Virus record (IMG/VR): IMGVR_UViG_3300020034_000006
Coordinates: 1-64,000 of that record
DNA length: 64,000 nucleotides
Reading direction: 5' to 3' (one strand)
Origin: a virus
Lineage: Duplodnaviria > Heunggongvirae > Uroviricota > Caudoviricetes
A program made the position numbers and the translations under genes. The notes under the pieces are model-generated. The model saw nothing but the letters and a program-made list of their open reading frames with translations. It did not search any database and was not told the DNA's origin. Below are positions 25,493 through 33,392 of this stretch, one piece after another. Numbering within the stretch: position 1 is the stretch's first letter; each line of letters begins with the position of its first letter.

Positions 25493-25770
25493 CGGTGGGC
25501 TAGGTGTCGGTCGAATGCCTCGCACCGCTTCTCGCAGGCGCAGCCCGTTCGGAACTCACAGGCGTGGAACGGACCGTTCCAGCCTTCGAGCGGCTTGCAC
25601 GTGCTGCACGGGTGGAGGCCAATGCCGGGCATGGCGATCGCCGCCTCGATGTCGGTCCGATCCTTGTTCTCGGCCCACCGCCAGGGCGTGGCCTTGGAGC
25701 GCAGTTGCGGGCACTCAGCCTTGTGGATCGTTCCCGCGCCCTTGCCCGAGCGGACTAGACGAGTCTCCAT
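25480..25770 (-). CDS. Hypothetical Cys-rich protein
   Basis: 96 aa with CPQLRS...CSTCKPLEGW...CEFRTGCACEKRC. Confidence 0.35.
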   Translation of the reverse strand: METRLVRSGKGAGTIHKAECPQLRSKATPWRWAENKDRTDIEAAIAMPGIGLHPCSTCKPLEGWNGPFHACEFRTGCACEKRCEAFDRHLAHRCCT

Positions 25771-26075
25771 TACGTGTGATTCCTTGAATCGTTGGCGTGC
25801 AAGAACGCACCGGCCAATCCGATATCAACGAGCTGTTCCCACATGCGAATCGCCGTAGACCTGTAAGGGCAATTCGGGCTGTGATCAAGATGCTCGAACA
25901 GCCCTACGAGCATCGCGTCGGCGACCTGCTCTTGGTGGAGTGGACAGAAGCCGGCCCTCGCCGTCATGGAGATCTTGGCGCGCATCTTGATGGCCACCTG
26001 ATCGCCGTCAGAGGCGGCCGGGCTCAGGGCCCGGAACATCGTCGCTGCTCGGCTCTGTCTCACCGCTGTCTCCAT
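25770..26075 (-). CDS. Hypothetical protein
   Basis: 101-aa ORF. Operator copy c lies about 20 nt upstream of its start. Confidence 0.4.
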   Translation of the reverse strand: METAVRQSRAATMFRALSPAASDGDQVAIKMRAKISMTARAGFCPLHQEQVADAMLVGLFEHLDHSPNCPYRSTAIRMWEQLVDIGLAGAFLHANDSRNHT

Positions 26076-26091
26076 CCTGGTCGCGTACGGC

Positions 26092-26103
26092 TCGATACCG
26101 TAT
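26092..26103. promoter_or_regulatory. Operator copy c (GGCTCGATACCGTATCACGGCG)
   Basis: Same 12-bp core. It shares the upstream CGGCTCGATAC with copy d and sits in a divergent promoter region. Confidence 0.5.
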
Positions 26104-26281
26104 CACGGCGTCGATCGGAGTGTCCGGTGGACTATCGAGCCCCTGGACAGGCGGCAAGGACGGCCGGTACTCTGGCGCTCGTGCGAGCGGAGGTTTTACT
26201 CGCCGACCGAAGCTCGCTATTTACCGGGGGCCGTGGGTTCGCCCACGGCCCCCTCGCCTTTCCTCCCCGCGAAGGAAGCCG

Positions 26282-26449
26282 ATGCAGGCCCCGCCCTCTC
26301 AAGCTCCCAGCATGCCGAACCCTGACGCGGTGCCCGCTCCGTACCTGGGGTTCATCGTGGTGGCCCTCGGCGTCGTCACGGCTCTCCTGGGGCTCTTGTA
26401 CGTGTGTTGGCTGGTTCGAGAGCGTCTTGACCGTCATCGCGAAAGCTGA
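26282..26449 (+). CDS. Small membrane protein (55 aa)
   Basis: Internal start of ORF 26120..26449 with RBS GAAGGAAG. Hydrophobic LGFIVVALGVVTALLGLLYVCWLV. Confidence 0.35.
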   Translation: MQAPPSQAPSMPNPDAVPAPYLGFIVVALGVVTALLGLLYVCWLVRERLDRHRES

Positions 26450-26741
26450 TAGACCATCGAACAAGCGATACTGAACGAGCCGCCCTCCTGATCCCTGTTC
26501 CATTGGGGCGAGCTTCCGCTGCTGCCTTCCGCCGATCGTTAGTCAGCGAATGCCACTGGTAACGGCTCAATCGGATCGCCCACCAGGAGATGCCCCGCCT
26601 GAGCGGGGCATCTCCGCGTTCTCCCCTTGTCAAGTCGGGAACTGTGTGGCACGCTGAAAGTTGCGAAAACCTGCACGGTGCGCCCTGGGCACCGCGGGCA
26701 CGGCACCCAGGGCCTGTCGGACCTATTAGGAGGTCGACAGT

Positions 26742-27002
26742 ATGAGCAAGCCTACTGATGCTCCCCGGGGGGGTTGCGTCACGGTCACGGGGTTCGGCGG
26801 GGTGGGATTCCAAGTCGCTCCGCTCGCTGGTCGAGCCGGGTGGTACCGGATGCTCCATCCGGAGTGCGCCGCTGAACTACACCTGACGAACCCGACCGAG
26901 CACAGGGTCACCCACTTCGCCGACATCCACGACTGTGACGCTCGGGAGTGGTGGACCCGCGAGGGATTGGCGTCGAGGTCGGACTCATCTGGGCCCAACT
27001 AG
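26742..27002 (+). CDS. Hypothetical protein
   Basis: 86 aa, preceded by a strong AGGAGG RBS 7 nt upstream. Confidence 0.5.
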   Translation: MSKPTDAPRGGCVTVTGFGGVGFQVAPLAGRAGWYRMLHPECAAELHLTNPTEHRVTHFADIHDCDAREWWTREGLASRSDSSGPN

Positions 27003-27007
27003 CGCTG

Positions 27008-27229
27008 CGGGTGCGGGCCTGGTGCCGCAGTTCGAGGTGTGAGTTCCCTCGATGCACCAGGCCCGTCACGGAGTACGACGCTGCGCTCGACGCTCGGACC
27101 TGTCGCCGGCACTCGGAGTTGGCCGGGGTGGTGGACCTCACGGTCGCCGTCTCGGGCGATCCAGTCATGGTCGAGGCCGCTCGCGTGGTGCTCGACGCCC
27201 TACTTGCTGAGCGTCGCAAGAGCGCATAG
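27008..27229 (+). CDS. Hypothetical small Cys-rich protein
   Basis: GTG-start sub-ORF of 26948..27229 with CRSSRCEFPRCTRP...CRRH. Confidence 0.3.
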   Translation, partial: RVRAWCRSSRCEFPRCTRPVTEYDAALDARTCRRHSELAGVVDLTVAVSGDPVMVEAARVVLDALLAERRKSA

Positions 27230-27665
27230 GGTCACCGTCGTGTTCCCGCTCCGTGGCGAATCGGGCGGGTACACACTCCGAGTGATGTGACGGCTCTCCC
27301 CATAAAGCAGGTCCATCACGAGGGCAGCGGTGGAGAGGCCCGGGGGGCGGCCCCCGGGCCTCTCCTATTTGCTACGCTCGCAGTGCCCACCTCAGGTCGG
27401 GGTTGGCATCTGAACAACGTTGTGACTTCGGGCCCGGCCTATTGAAGGGCTGGATGGTCGCACGGGGTTCTTTCATCAGGAAACGGCCCCCGCGCTGCGA
27501 TCGGGGGCCGTTTCTGTGTTATGCTGCCGGCGTTGCCTGAGGCAGGAGCCCCCTCCTCCAACGGAAACAAAAGGTAATTGCGACGGTTTCTAGGTCGCGG
27601 CCTAGACCTGAATCCAAAGTCAATGCCCATCAGGAAGCGGGGCGATACCCCTCGCCCCGCTTCCT

Positions 27666-27738
27666 GCGTTTTGGGGCCCTCGTAGCTCAGGGGACAGAGC
27701 GGTCGCCTCCTAAGCGACAGGCCGCAGGTTCGAGTCCT
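27666..27738 (+). tRNA. tRNA-Arg (anticodon CCU, reads AGG)
   Basis: Hand-folded cloverleaf. Acceptor GCCCTCG/CGAGGGC, D-arm GCTC-AGGGGACA-GAGC, anticodon stem GTCGC/GCGAC with loop CTCCTAA, T-arm GCAGG-TTCGAGT-CCTGC, discriminator G. No encoded CCA. Confidence 0.8.
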
Positions 27739-27782
27739 GCCGAGGGCGCTGTGACAATTGTCTTGCCTCTCGGCGGACGGCT

Positions 27783-27795
27783 CGATACGGTATCG
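27783..27795. promoter_or_regulatory. Operator copy d (CGATACGGTATCG, perfect 6-N-6 palindrome), 5 nt upstream of the GTG at 27800
   Basis: Opposite orientation to copies a-c. It shares the GGCTCGATAC flank with copy c. Confidence 0.5.
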
Positions 27796-27799
27796 CATC

Positions 27800-28534
27800 G
27801 TGACGAGACTCAACCAGCTCCTAGGCGTCGAAGCCGGCGTCCGAGACCGCGCTGAACAGGCCCTCGCCGCTGCCAGGTCGGACGTCACCAAGGACGGTCC
27901 CCTCAGCGGCCTCGCTCGCAAGTACGAGCCCCGACAGGAGGGCGGCGAGCAGGTGCCGCCTCAGAGCACGCAGGTGCAGTTGACGGTGAACCACATCACC
28001 GATCAGCTTGCCAAGCACCTCAGCCGCCTGTGGGACGTCACAGCGACGAAGGACTTGACCAACACCGAGGCCAGGGCCGACATCGTCGTTGAGGGCCGCA
28101 CCCTGGTTCCCCAGGTTCCCGCCAGCTACCTGGTGTGGTTCGAGAAGCAGCTCACAGCGCTGCGAGGCGTGCTGGCCAAGCTGCCGGTGCTCGACCCTGC
28201 CGAGATCTGGACCTACGATGAGGCGACCGGGGTCTACCGCACGGAGCCGACGGTCAGCATCCGCCCCAAGAAGGTCTTCAAGAACCACGTCATCGCCGAA
28301 GCGACCCAGTACCACCCCGCCCAGGTGCAGGTCTACAGCATCGATGAGCCCGAGGGTGAGTGGACGACCACCAAGTTCTCCGGCGCCATCTTCGCGACCC
28401 GTCGCCGGCTCCTGGTCGAGCGGATTGACACGCTCATCGAGGCTGTCGCTTTCGCAAGAGGAGAGGCCAACGGGACCACGGTGACTGACCTCGAAGTCGG
28501 TGCCGCGGTGTTCGATTACCTCTTCGCCACCTAG
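27800..28534 (+). CDS. Hypothetical protein (operator-controlled, between the two tRNA genes)
   Basis: 245 aa from the in-frame GTG at 27800. The ORF track's ATG at 27758 would place the operator inside the coding sequence. No recognised motif. Confidence 0.5.
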   Translation: MTRLNQLLGVEAGVRDRAEQALAAARSDVTKDGPLSGLARKYEPRQEGGEQVPPQSTQVQLTVNHITDQLAKHLSRLWDVTATKDLTNTEARADIVVEGRTLVPQVPASYLVWFEKQLTALRGVLAKLPVLDPAEIWTYDEATGVYRTEPTVSIRPKKVFKNHVIAEATQYHPAQVQVYSIDEPEGEWTTTKFSGAIFATRRRLLVERIDTLIEAVAFARGEANGTTVTDLEVGAAVFDYLFAT

Positions 28535-28779
28535 ATCTCCCGAAAGGGAGCGGAGCAAAAGTTGAAGTTGAAGCTGAAGCTAACCTGGCCAACAAATCAG
28601 GTCGGTGAAGCTAAGACTCTCGCTCCTAAGCTAAAGCTCAAGCTAAACCTTCGGATAGAGCGCAGATCAAACCACCGCAATGCGGGTTCGATTCCCGTTC
28701 CGGCCTCCACATGGCTGGATGGTCCAATGGCAAGACTCGGTGGCTCATAACGAGCCTGTGCTCATACGTCCGAACCTAG

Positions 28780-28853
28780 TGTGATGTAGCTCAGTTGGAT
28801 AGAGCACTCGCCTTCTAAGCGAGAAGTCACGGGTTCGACTCCCGTCATCTTCA
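28780..28853 (+). tRNA. tRNA-Arg (anticodon UCU, reads AGA)
   Basis: Canonical D-arm TAGCTCAGTTGGATAGAGCA, anticodon stem CTCGC/GCGAG with loop CTTCTAA, T-arm ACGGG-TTCGACT-CCCGT. The acceptor stem shows two mismatches (positions 1-72 and 3-70) as read, hence the reduced confidence. Confidence 0.55.
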
Positions 28854-28924
28854 AACACTTTCACCGGACCGGGGGGCAAGGGTATGTCCCCCGGTCCACT
28901 TAACGTTTGTGAGCGAATTCAAGA

Positions 28925-29395
28925 ATGAGAAAGATCAACTGGGCTTACGTCTTCGTTTTCGTTCCGATATCGGCACTGGCACTCATCAACCTTGCCCTCG
29001 GCAACTACGGCGGCGCCCTCATCGACCTGCTGGCCCTGACTGGGTTCCTGCTCTACGCCCGCTACGTCAGATCCCATTCCCGTCGAGCGAAGTCTTTCGA
29101 CGCCGAGCTAGCAGCCGAGCTAGAGGCGGCTCCGCCGCCTCCCAGGGACTGGCATCTGACGGTCCGAGGCGAGCGCTACTCGAACCTAGAGTTCACGTAC
29201 CTGGGCTTGGTCATGGGACCAGACGGCATGACGCCGTGTCACCACTGGGTGGTCTTGCGTCCCGTCGACTTGCCGGCCGACGTGGACCCGAGTGAGATCA
29301 ACTTGGTCGGCCACGCCACGGTGGGGGTCAACCCTGACGGTGGCGTGGGGCTCGGCGTGCTCATCAGTGTCGCGTGGGCTGACGGCCCGAGCTGA
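28925..29395 (+). CDS. Membrane protein, first gene of the rightward integrase-side operon
   Basis: 156 aa with two N-terminal TM helices (VFVFVPISALALINLALG and LIDLLALTGFLLYARYV). Confidence 0.5.
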   Translation: MRKINWAYVFVFVPISALALINLALGNYGGALIDLLALTGFLLYARYVRSHSRRAKSFDAELAAELEAAPPPPRDWHLTVRGERYSNLEFTYLGLVMGPDGMTPCHHWVVLRPVDLPADVDPSEINLVGHATVGVNPDGGVGLGVLISVAWADGPS

Positions 29396-29422
29396 AGGGC
29401 GTATCATCCCGGCCATGGGAGC

Positions 29423-29674
29423 ATGGACCGAGGAAGCGTGAGCGTCGAGACCCTGAAGGCCGAACTCCACCAGGCGGCGGACGACCCGAATAGCCCGCTA
29501 GCCACTCTCCCCGAGGGCGATCCTCACCGGCCCACGCCAGAGGCCTTGGCCGAGAAGCACGGGATATCCATGGAGCAGTTCTACGTCGCTGTTGATGAGG
29601 TGATCGCCAGCAGGCTTCCGCTGGCGGGGTCGACGTTCTATCAACGCTGGGTCAAGGAACAGGGGCTTGAGTGA
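29423..29674 (+). CDS. Hypothetical protein
   Basis: 83-aa ORF. Confidence 0.45.
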   Translation: MDRGSVSVETLKAELHQAADDPNSPLATLPEGDPHRPTPEALAEKHGISMEQFYVAVDEVIASRLPLAGSTFYQRWVKEQGLE

Positions 29675-29704
29675 GCTTCATCCACCTCTGGAACCTGGCG
29701 CTCT

Positions 29705-29977
29705 TTGAGCGGGGAGATGGAACCGATGACCAGAGAGCTACCGGCAGCGAGGGACGAGTTCATCATCATCGAGGCCCTTCGCAGCTACGCCAACCACTGC
29801 CTGAACGACCTCCCGATGCACCGCCACACCGACCACGGGTTGGAGCTGGCTCGCCGGGCAAGGCGCGTCCGCGTGTTGGCTGACGAGTACGAGCGAAGCT
29901 TGCCCAGCGACGTCCACGCCAGTCTCGGCCGAGCACGTCCAGCGTCGCTTACCCGCCTCTCGCGGCCCTCGACATGA
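29705..29977 (+). CDS. Hypothetical protein
   Basis: 90-aa ORF. Confidence 0.45.
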   Translation: MSGEMEPMTRELPAARDEFIIIEALRSYANHCLNDLPMHRHTDHGLELARRARRVRVLADEYERSLPSDVHASLGRARPASLTRLSRPST

Positions 29978-30186
29978 CAGACCGTCCCCGCTACGTCTCC
30001 GAGGCTCCGTTGGCCGAAGTACTCGAAGAGCTGCGCGACTACGCCAACGCAGGGCAAGCGGTCAGCAGAGCCGCCTGTGGGCGGATAGTGGTCGAGCTGG
30101 ACAAGCTGCAAGAGGCAGCCGATTCGACCGACCCCATCGCCCTGGCGGGTGTCTATGACGTCCTGGCTCGGTCCCTCGATGAGTGA
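29974..30186 (+). CDS. Hypothetical protein
   Basis: 70 aa with an ATGA overlap with the upstream gene. Confidence 0.45.
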   Translation: MTDRPRYVSEAPLAEVLEELRDYANAGQAVSRAACGRIVVELDKLQEAADSTDPIALAGVYDVLARSLDE

Positions 30187-30429
30187 CAGAACGGGGACCC
30201 CACAGGGTCCCCGTTCACACGCCCGATCCGCAGCTCACGCCATGGCACTGACATCCGGTGTCCCTGCGAAAGGCCGAAGCTCGTGACGCCCTGGGACGGT
30301 GGACCGTTGAAGGAGGCTCAGAGACCGGTTTAAGAACCTGTGCCGGTTACTACGTGCTGTCGAGGTGCACTTTGGCGCCTCGACCTCGCCAAAGTCAATA
30401 TGACCTTCGTCACAAAGGTGATCTCATAG

Positions 30430-30624
30430 GTGAGATGCAAGTTTGCGATCAAGTTCGGCACGACACTCCACACGCGGTGCATGTTCGAGCACGAAGTGAC
30501 GCCCACGTCGCACATCGGCAAGGGGCTCGAAGAGTTCCCGTTTCAGCGCATCGAGTGGTTCTCCGGTGATCGACGCGAGTACGAGACCGACCGTGATGAC
30601 GAGTTCGCTTGGGAAGCTCCCTAG
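30430..30624 (+). CDS. Hypothetical protein
   Basis: 64-aa ORF. Confidence 0.4.
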   Translation: MRCKFAIKFGTTLHTRCMFEHEVTPTSHIGKGLEEFPFQRIEWFSGDRREYETDRDDEFAWEAP

Positions 30625-30795
30625 ATGGCCTGGATAACCCGCAAAGACCCAACGACGCGACTCGACTTCGATTTGCTTAAACGCGGCAGCCTGACCATCG
30701 AGGGGTGCGTCATCCAGGGCCCGGTGGGTGACGTAGTCGCTGTTCTGCTCGAACTGATGGGCGAGTCACGAGATGGAAAGAAGGACGAGTCATGA
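30625..30795 (+). CDS. Unlisted small ORF (56 aa, MAWITRKDPTTRLDFDLLKRGSLTIEGCVIQGPVGDVVAVLLELMGESRDGKKDES)
   Basis: Hand-translated. The ATG directly follows the TAG of the upstream gene, and the TGA overlaps the ATG of the next gene. Confidence 0.35.
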   Translation: MAWITRKDPTTRLDFDLLKRGSLTIEGCVIQGPVGDVVAVLLELMGESRDGKKDES

Positions 30796-31037
30796 GCGAA
30801 ACCCCGACAGAACGCAATCGACGCATCTTCGAGGAAGCAACCGGTAGCGGCGAACCAGTGTTCGTCATCCGAGCCAAGGACATCCTCGGCCCCGCTGCGA
30901 TCCTCGCCTACGCGAGTCTGGCCGACGACACAGCTACTCCCGAGTTCATGGAAGCCCTCCATGACCTTGAGGGCGAGTTCCATGCTTGGAGAGCGGCGAA
31001 TCCTGATGAGATCAAGGTCCCCGATCTCAGGAAGTGA
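30792..31037 (+). CDS. Hypothetical protein
   Basis: 81-aa ORF. Confidence 0.45.
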   Translation: MSETPTERNRRIFEEATGSGEPVFVIRAKDILGPAAILAYASLADDTATPEFMEALHDLEGEFHAWRAANPDEIKVPDLRK

Positions 31038-31231
31038 ACGTGACAAGGTCCGTTGAGGTCATCGAGGGCGACCCACTCACGGGCTTCAAGGACTGCTTCC
31101 TGACCCTGCACGGCTACGACGACGGGACCGTGAGTCTCGTCATCGAGTCGCCCTACGACGACAGAGCAGTCATCCGGCTTGATCCCGAGGGGACGCAACT
31201 ACTCGTGAACTTCGTCACACGACCCCAGTGA
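31034..31231 (+). CDS. Hypothetical protein
   Basis: 65 aa with a GTGA overlap. Confidence 0.45.
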   Translation: MNVTRSVEVIEGDPLTGFKDCFLTLHGYDDGTVSLVIESPYDDRAVIRLDPEGTQLLVNFVTRPQ

Positions 31232-31271
31232 ATGCCCTGGTCAGAGCAGTCGTACCATTCGAGGGTCGCCG

Positions 31272-31796
31272 TTGGGCGAGGTGCGAATGGTACGACCCCT
31301 GTACGCTGGGGTTATGACCGATACCGACACCAACACCACCACCTACTACGCCGCCTACTCCAACCACGGAGGCAAGCGAGTCCATGCCTCCACGGTGCTC
31401 GGTGGCAGCAGCCTCGACAAGGTCGTCGCTGTCTGCGGGGCCGATGTCCACACCACTCGCAAGGGCATGCACTTCGACACACCGGACCTTACGTCCCCGC
31501 GTTGCCGCTCCTGTGCCCAGGTGACGGGGTTCCAGACGGCGCCCCCTCCGGGTCCTCCCGCTGCGCTCAGGATCTGGCGACTCTTCGGCCAGCTTCCGCA
31601 TTGCGGCGGAACGCTGCCCCACTACGACGATCTCGACATGGAGGACGTGGCCGACAAGCTCGACGCACTGGTGAAGTGGTTCGAGTCCAGCCGAGATCAC
31701 CAGGCCGCCCGCGACGCCGAGCTGGTCCGTCACCAGACCGCCGTGCAGGGCCTCCGTTCGTTCCTGTCGCTGCTCAAGGAAGGCGACGAGCTGTGA
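31272..31796 (+). CDS. Hypothetical protein (start possibly the internal MTDTDTN)
   Basis: 174-aa ORF with CRSCAQ...HCGG. Confidence 0.45.
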   Translation: MGEVRMVRPLYAGVMTDTDTNTTTYYAAYSNHGGKRVHASTVLGGSSLDKVVAVCGADVHTTRKGMHFDTPDLTSPRCRSCAQVTGFQTAPPPGPPAALRIWRLFGQLPHCGGTLPHYDDLDMEDVADKLDALVKWFESSRDHQAARDAELVRHQTAVQGLRSFLSLLKEGDEL

Positions 31797-32098
31797 GCCC
31801 CCGCCACCCCCATCATCCCGGAACGATGGACATCGGCTTGGTTGTTAGAGAGATGAACGACGCCTGCAACAGCGTCAGTGGCAAGTCCGGCTGGGCCCTG
31901 CTCGTGTCCCCCACAGAGGACGGCACTGTCAAGTTCAGGGTCTCGGGCAGCGTCCTCCCTCTCCGCCCTCTTCGCTCTGATGGTGAGCGCTACCGGCGGG
32001 GCCATGTCCCGTTCTACGGCGATCAGCACGCCGACGTCTTTCAAGCTCTCCGGTCCGGTCTGGTCGACATGCGCAAGGCACAGGAGTCGCGGCGATGA
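31793..32098 (+). CDS. Hypothetical protein
   Basis: GTG-start sub-ORF of 31232..32098 (101 aa) with a GTGA overlap. The longer 288-aa reading overlaps real genes in other frames. Confidence 0.4.
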   Translation: MSPRHPHHPGTMDIGLVVREMNDACNSVSGKSGWALLVSPTEDGTVKFRVSGSVLPLRPLRSDGERYRRGHVPFYGDQHADVFQALRSGLVDMRKAQESRR

Positions 32099-32457
32099 GT
32101 CCCCGCCCCATGCTCGTCTACGGCGGCTGGGTCATCCGCCAGGTCCCGGGTCACCGCAACCAGGTCCGCGCAGTGGTTGCCACGACCACGAAGAAGGCGG
32201 CGATGGAAGCGCTCGGCGTCACCCGCGGCCATTTCGCTGACTTCTTCAGCGACACCAGCCACGAGCTGGATGTCGAGGCGGCGATGAGCAGCCCCGGCGA
32301 TGTGTTCTGGATGCCGATGGATCTCAAGTTCACCGATCGCAGGTTCATCCCATGGGGTCAGGACTGGAAAGACGACCCTCGGACCACTGATCCCGACGCG
32401 GTCAACCGTGGCTACGAGCGGCGGGCCAAGGAGCTGAAGGGGCAAGGCAATGGCTGA
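32095..32457 (+). CDS. Hypothetical protein
   Basis: 120 aa with an ATGA overlap. Confidence 0.45.
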   Translation: MSPRPMLVYGGWVIRQVPGHRNQVRAVVATTTKKAAMEALGVTRGHFADFFSDTSHELDVEAAMSSPGDVFWMPMDLKFTDRRFIPWGQDWKDDPRTTDPDAVNRGYERRAKELKGQGNG

Positions 32458-32767
32458 GCACGAGATGATCATCCGGGTCAAGGTCAGCGACGACATCGAC
32501 CCGACCACCATCGACCCCGAGGACATCGCGGCCGACGTCATCGACACCTTCACCGACGACCTGCGGCACCGGATCTCCACCGACATCGGTGGGGTCAAGC
32601 TGCTCGGCGCCGAGTGGGTCGCTGAGTGGGACAAGGCTGACACGGTCGCCCAGGCAGAGGCCAGGCGCCTCAGAGGCGTCCTCCACAACCACCCGAGGTC
32701 CGAGCACGTCCGGATGGCCCGAGGCCCTGCCGAGTTCGTGATCGCCGCTCTGCTGGGAGAGAAGTGA
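32450..32767 (+). CDS. Hypothetical acidic protein
   Basis: 105-aa ORF. Confidence 0.45.
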   Translation: MAEHEMIIRVKVSDDIDPTTIDPEDIAADVIDTFTDDLRHRISTDIGGVKLLGAEWVAEWDKADTVAQAEARRLRGVLHNHPRSEHVRMARGPAEFVIAALLGEK

Positions 32768-33096
32768 TGACGTCACCCACCCGCCGCCCCCGGTTCACCG
32801 AGATCGACACCCACGCCGTCATCGGCCGGCTGGTCTTGGACACTACCGAGAGCCTTCGCCTCTGGTCCGACGGGCTGATGAAGATCGAAGACATGTTCGA
32901 TGAGGGCAACGGGGACGAGATCGAGATGACCGTTGAGAACCGAGGCGCCGTGGTGCGCATCGGTCGGCGCCAGCGCCTTACCTGGACCCCGCCGAATGGC
33001 GACCCGGAGGTCTGGTTCGGCATCAACACCCGCGAGGTGTATCTCCGGGTGTGGCACGACGGTTCCGTCAGCATCGAAGGCCAGGTCGACCGATGA
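32764..33096 (+). CDS. Hypothetical protein
   Basis: 110 aa with an ATGA overlap. Confidence 0.45.
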   Translation: MMTSPTRRPRFTEIDTHAVIGRLVLDTTESLRLWSDGLMKIEDMFDEGNGDEIEMTVENRGAVVRIGRRQRLTWTPPNGDPEVWFGINTREVYLRVWHDGSVSIEGQVDR

Positions 33097-33389
33097 GCGG
33101 CAACATCGAGCTGTCGATCCGTCTTCCGGACGCAGCCCGCAACCACGAAGTTGAGCAGTTGATGTTGAGCAAGCCTGGCCTGACGCCCGCTCAGGCATGG
33201 GCGGAGGTCGTCAAGAGGCTGACCGGCGGATGGGCCACCGTCACCATCATCAAGGACCCGACGGTGCCCTTTGCGCACCGTCGGGGTCGCCCCCTCCTGC
33301 ACGGGCTGATCAAGTTCGATACGGATCGGCTCTGCTCGGACGGCCAGTGCGGCGAGTGCTGGGGTTGCCGCCAGCTTGGGCAGGACTGA
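33093..33389 (+). CDS. Hypothetical protein with a C-terminal CxxxxCxxCxxC cluster, immediately upstream of the integrase
   Basis: ATG at 33093 (ATGA overlap). 98 aa ending CSDGQCGECWGCRQLGQD. 3-nt gap to the integrase start. Confidence 0.45.
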   Translation: MSGNIELSIRLPDAARNHEVEQLMLSKPGLTPAQAWAEVVKRLTGGWATVTIIKDPTVPFAHRRGRPLLHGLIKFDTDRLCSDGQCGECWGCRQLGQD

Positions 33390-33392
33390 ACC

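Noticed and set aside
24996-25787. 263-aa plus-strand ORF and the 112-aa minus-strand ORF 25045..25383
   Set aside because: Alternative frames of the PT-rich membrane protein gene with extreme low-complexity (Gly/Ala/Ser/Arg) translations.
31232-32098. 288-aa plus-strand ORF spanning 31232..32098
   Set aside because: Arg/Pro-rich junk-like translation that overlaps the well-formed 31272..31796 gene in another frame. Only its last 101 codons (from the GTG at 31793, GTGA-coupled) look like a gene.
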